Under the pieces are notes generated by a model that searched no databases, was not told where the DNA came from, and was given only the letters and a program-made list of their open reading frames with translations. This document shows, piece by piece, positions 60,798 through 64,000 of a DNA stretch of 64,000 nucleotides. Both the position numbers and the translations under genes were made by a program. Origin of the DNA: Syntrophales bacterium (GTDB taxonomy: Bacteria > Desulfobacterota > Syntrophia > Syntrophales > UBA2210); assembly GCA_963666365.2 (NCBI GenBank), contig CAXXNF010000002.1, positions 1,856,001 to 1,920,000 on the forward strand, written 5' to 3'. Within the stretch, counting starts at the first letter, position 1; each line of letters starts with the position of its first letter.

Positions 60798-62153
60798 CTA
60801 CTCCGCCTGATCTTTCAGGTATTTTCCCCTTACATATTCGTTGTCCTTCCCGATGTCGGCAGTCACCCACTTCACCTGGGGAGGCGATTCCGTCATCTTG
60901 ACAAACCCTGATGTCACCGTGAATTTCCCCAGCGTTTCGTCTTCAATCTCCTTAAAAGACTTACGAATTTCCCACTGTGTGTTCTGTCGGGTATTCTCCG
61001 GCGTCATGACTTTCATCACAATGGGCACACCACCGCCCCGCCATTTCGAACGGGCCGCCTTCATCGCGTAATTAAGCGCCTTGGCTGTCAGCTCGTCGGC
61101 CGTATGTTTGACCGTTTCCTTTTCAATCTCGCGGTGCAGCTCCATCGCCTGATCGATAATATCGGGGATGCGGTCGGCGGTATACTTAAAATCGTCCTCC
61201 AGGTCCCATCGCCCCAGAATCTTGAGCAGCGCCCGGAAATCATGATCTCTCGGCGCTGCAATAGCCACGAGGCCGTCCTTGCTCTTCCAGTGACCGTAAG
61301 GATAAAGAATGAAGTCCAGCACCCCGATACGAGGCCTTGACTTGTCCCAGGTATAGCCGATACTCGCGGGAAATCCGGTCATTGATGAATAGGCGTCCAT
61401 CCCGGCAACGTCGATCATTTGACCCTCTCCTGTCGACTGACGGTACATGAGCGCCATCATCCCGCCCAGCGCCGCACTGAGACCCGATATGTACCACCCC
61501 ATCCACATTCCCGCCTTCATCGGCCAATTATAGGGTTCAGGCTCTGTCGGCAAATCGCCGATCTGGGCCGATAAACCGGATCCTGCCTGAGTTGTGATAT
61601 CCGTATCGGGAAAATTCACATATTCCTGCGCTCGTTGAGTGTACTGTCCATAAGGCGTGATGCCGATGTAGACAAGGCCTGGATTTTTTTCGGAAAGCTG
61701 CCGATACCCTATACCCCACCCATCCATCGCGTTCGCAGGAAAGGTTTCAATCACGACAGCCGCCTTTTGAGCCAGTGTTGCAAGAATTTCACGATCTTCC
61801 TCGCTCTGTTCCAGGTCGAGGGTCATGTATCGTTTATTGCGCCCCTCCAATATGAAGGGAATCCCCACCCCCTTGATGTTTTTGCCGAAGGGAGTCATCT
61901 TCCGGCAGGGATCACCCTGAGGGGGCTCAATCTTGATCACCTCGGCGCCAAATTCGGCAAAAAAACTTGCAGCAATGATACCCGAAAAATTCGCCACACT
62001 CAGATCAAGAACCATTATATCGTCGAGCACCTCGGGACGTCCTTCAGGCGTCATGAGTTTCTCAACCGTTTCTTTCCACCGGGACACGCCTCCACCGGCA
62101 GTGGAATATCTCGTATATACCCGCTCCTTGTCTTTTCTTTTGAATACACTCAT
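60798..62153 (-). CDS. Family III (CaiB/BaiF) CoA-transferase subunit
   Basis: Motifs GAEVIKIEPPQGD, RNKRYMTLDL, ITPYGQ and TGEGQMIDV. Confidence 0.9.
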   Translation of the reverse strand: MSVFKRKDKERVYTRYSTAGGGVSRWKETVEKLMTPEGRPEVLDDIMVLDLSVANFSGIIAASFFAEFGAEVIKIEPPQGDPCRKMTPFGKNIKGVGIPFILEGRNKRYMTLDLEQSEEDREILATLAQKAAVVIETFPANAMDGWGIGYRQLSEKNPGLVYIGITPYGQYTQRAQEYVNFPDTDITTQAGSGLSAQIGDLPTEPEPYNWPMKAGMWMGWYISGLSAALGGMMALMYRQSTGEGQMIDVAGMDAYSSMTGFPASIGYTWDKSRPRIGVLDFILYPYGHWKSKDGLVAIAAPRDHDFRALLKILGRWDLEDDFKYTADRIPDIIDQAMELHREIEKETVKHTADELTAKALNYAMKAARSKWRGGGVPIVMKVMTPENTRQNTQWEIRKSFKEIEDETLGKFTVTSGFVKMTESPPQVKWVTADIGKDNEYVRGKYLKDQAE

Positions 62154-63505
62154 TTTGCCACCTCTCTGCCGTAATTATAGATGGGGTCCCTGTCAAGGTT
62201 GTAGTAGATAGGCGGTTTCAGTCCCGGCTTGTCGTCATAGGTACCGATCACTTTCTTTTTTTCGAGATCTTCCATTTCTTCTTCGGAAAGACCGAGAAAT
62301 TTTTTAAGCACAAGCCTGTTGTGATACCCGAGAGGCCGGGCCAGCCACTTCGTCCTCCCGGGAGTTTTGCTCAAACGGGCAGACGGACCGGCGAGGGCAA
62401 GTTCACCGTACATATCATCCTGAAAAAGGATGACACTGCCCCTCTCCCGCCGCCAGGAATCGTAACAGATCATTTTATCATCCATTACTTCGGCAGCGGC
62501 AAAACCTTTATCGCGGGCCAATGTTATAATTTCGCTGCAGGCTTTTGTCTTAATCCAGTCAGCGACTATGGCGCGCAAGGCCTCCGCATTCTCTTCCTTC
62601 AGGGCATTGAAATAGTCGGAAAACCTTTTATCTTCAAACAGATCAGGCTTTTCCATGGCATCACAGAGGCCCTGAAACTGCGTCTCCGTCGCGCAGGCCA
62701 ATCCCAGATATTTTCCGTCGCGGGTCTTGAAAATAGAAGCCGCTATCATTGCCGGGTCGTTGTGCCCCGTTCGTCCGAGACTTTCACCGGTAAGACTGTG
62801 ATAGGTAAAGTGCGGAAGCACCCGCATCATTGAATCCGTCTGAGAAAGGTCGAGATACTGTCCCTTGCCCGTCTTGTTGCGATAGTAGAGCGCCATGAGC
62901 AGCACCAAAGCGCCCATATTACCGGGCACGAAATCCCCGAGATAGTCCGGGAGCTTGAAGTGTTTATCGGTTCCCGGAAATCCATTGAGACTGAGAACGC
63001 CGCTTGCCGCTTGTGCAAGAAGATCCCATCCCGGGAAATACCGCATGGGGCCGTACTGTCCGTAAGTGGAACAGCTCAGGTATATAATATTCGGATTAAC
63101 CTCGCTGAGACGTGAATACCCAACTCCCCAGGCCTCCGCCGTTCCCGGCGCAAAGTTTTCGAGCACAATGTCCGACGACTTGGCCAGACGGTAAATCAGA
63201 TCCTTGGCTTCGGCACGCTTGAGATCGACCGATACGAAATACTTATTTTGCGTGACGAAATGCCATATCGGGTTCGAATGTTTCCAGTACCTCCCCCAGT
63301 AGGTGGCGGGCCGCCAGAGGTCGCCGTAAAAGGGAAGCTCCAGTTTGATAACTTCGGCGCCGTAATTACCCAAAATTCTCGACGCCGTGGGACCGAAAAT
63401 CACGTGGGTAAAATCGAGCACTCTGAGACCTTTCAGTGCCTCCGGCTTTTCGTTCACGCTGGATGGATCAAACAGTTTTGTCGTATAAGAAAAATAATCT
63501 TCCAT
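62150..63505 (-). CDS. Family III (CaiB/BaiF) CoA-transferase subunit
   Basis: Motifs LKGLRVLDFT, GAEVIKLE, ENFAPG, PGWDLLAQA (catalytic Asp) and TGKGQ. Confidence 0.92.
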   Translation of the reverse strand: MEDYFSYTTKLFDPSSVNEKPEALKGLRVLDFTHVIFGPTASRILGNYGAEVIKLELPFYGDLWRPATYWGRYWKHSNPIWHFVTQNKYFVSVDLKRAEAKDLIYRLAKSSDIVLENFAPGTAEAWGVGYSRLSEVNPNIIYLSCSTYGQYGPMRYFPGWDLLAQAASGVLSLNGFPGTDKHFKLPDYLGDFVPGNMGALVLLMALYYRNKTGKGQYLDLSQTDSMMRVLPHFTYHSLTGESLGRTGHNDPAMIAASIFKTRDGKYLGLACATETQFQGLCDAMEKPDLFEDKRFSDYFNALKEENAEALRAIVADWIKTKACSEIITLARDKGFAAAEVMDDKMICYDSWRRERGSVILFQDDMYGELALAGPSARLSKTPGRTKWLARPLGYHNRLVLKKFLGLSEEEMEDLEKKKVIGTYDDKPGLKPPIYYNLDRDPIYNYGREVAK

Positions 63506-63508
63506 AAT

Positions 63509-64000
63509 TTATCTCCCCAGGTATGCCTTTTTCACGAGATCGCTTTTCATGAGGTCCTCGGATTGCCCTTCCATTACGATTTTGCCGTCCTGAATCACGT
63601 ACCCTCTGTCTGCAAGCTGAAGGGCTCGTAGGGCGTTTTGTTCCGGCAGGAGAATCGTGATTCCCTGCTCCCGAAGCTTAGCCAGCGATTCAAAAAGGCT
63701 ATCCACAATCACCGGTGCGAGACCGACCGACGGCTCATCAACCATAATAAATCGCGGATGCGACATCAGCCCTCTTCCGATATTGAGCATCTGTTGCTCA
63801 CCCCCGGAAAGCAATCGAGATTCCTGGTTCGAGCGCGCCCTCAGAATGGGAAACAGATTCATCACCCACTCCATGGCTTCGCGCCTGTCTTTCCAGGCGT
63901 TGCCGGGATAGGCGCCGAGAAGGAGATTCTCCTTCACCGTGAGATAAGGAAATACCCTGTGTCCTTCGGGAATATGGATGACCCCCTCTTCGACAACCCT
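63509..64000 (-). CDS. ABC ATP-binding protein (LivF-like), 5' end outside the window
   Basis: Motifs LSGGEQQML, VDEPSVGLAP, EQN and AYLG. Confidence 0.9.
   Translation of the reverse strand, partial: RVVEEGVIHIPEGHRVFPYLTVKENLLLGAYPGNAWKDRREAMEWVMNLFPILRARSNQESRLLSGGEQQMLNIGRGLMSHPRFIMVDEPSVGLAPVIVDSLFESLAKLREQGITILLPEQNALRALQLADRGYVIQDGKIVMEGQSEDLMKSDLVKKAYLGR

Noticed and set aside
1..64000. CRISPR array, rRNA, prophage or reverse-transcriptase/DGR system
   Set aside because: No repeat-spacer array, rRNA-like stretch, phage structural genes or RT motifs were seen.

Overview
A 64-kb, gene-dense bacterial window, probably from an anaerobic Desulfobacterota/Syntrophales-like organism (inferred from gene content only). 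From left to right it contains: (1) an IS91-family transposase plus tyrosine recombinase element that abuts an attI-like site behind a remnant integron-integrase 3' end; (2) an amidohydrolase; (3) a predicted sigma54-driven type II fatty-acid-synthase-like cluster (fabD, acyl-CoA dehydrogenase, fabH, fabA, fabG, fabZ, fabF, ACP, acyltransferase, frameshifted carboxyltransferase, PPTase) with no enoyl reductase; (4) housekeeping genes (rnd, surE, dnaK, grpE, gmhA, nrdD, tRNA-Ala); (5) a PAS histidine kinase with two tandem NarL-type regulators, containing a sharply bounded tract rich in G-ending codons; (6) an operon of a small membrane protein, a Get3/ArsA-like ATPase and a protein resembling eukaryotic CCDC47, which is my best candidate for an undescribed system; (7) a baeRF-type release-factor homologue, TetR and two RND efflux systems; (8) purine, transport and hydrolase genes; (9) an ABC-uptake and family III CoA-transferase locus running off the right edge. 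No CRISPR array or rRNA was seen. All family calls come from motif recognition by eye, with no database searches.
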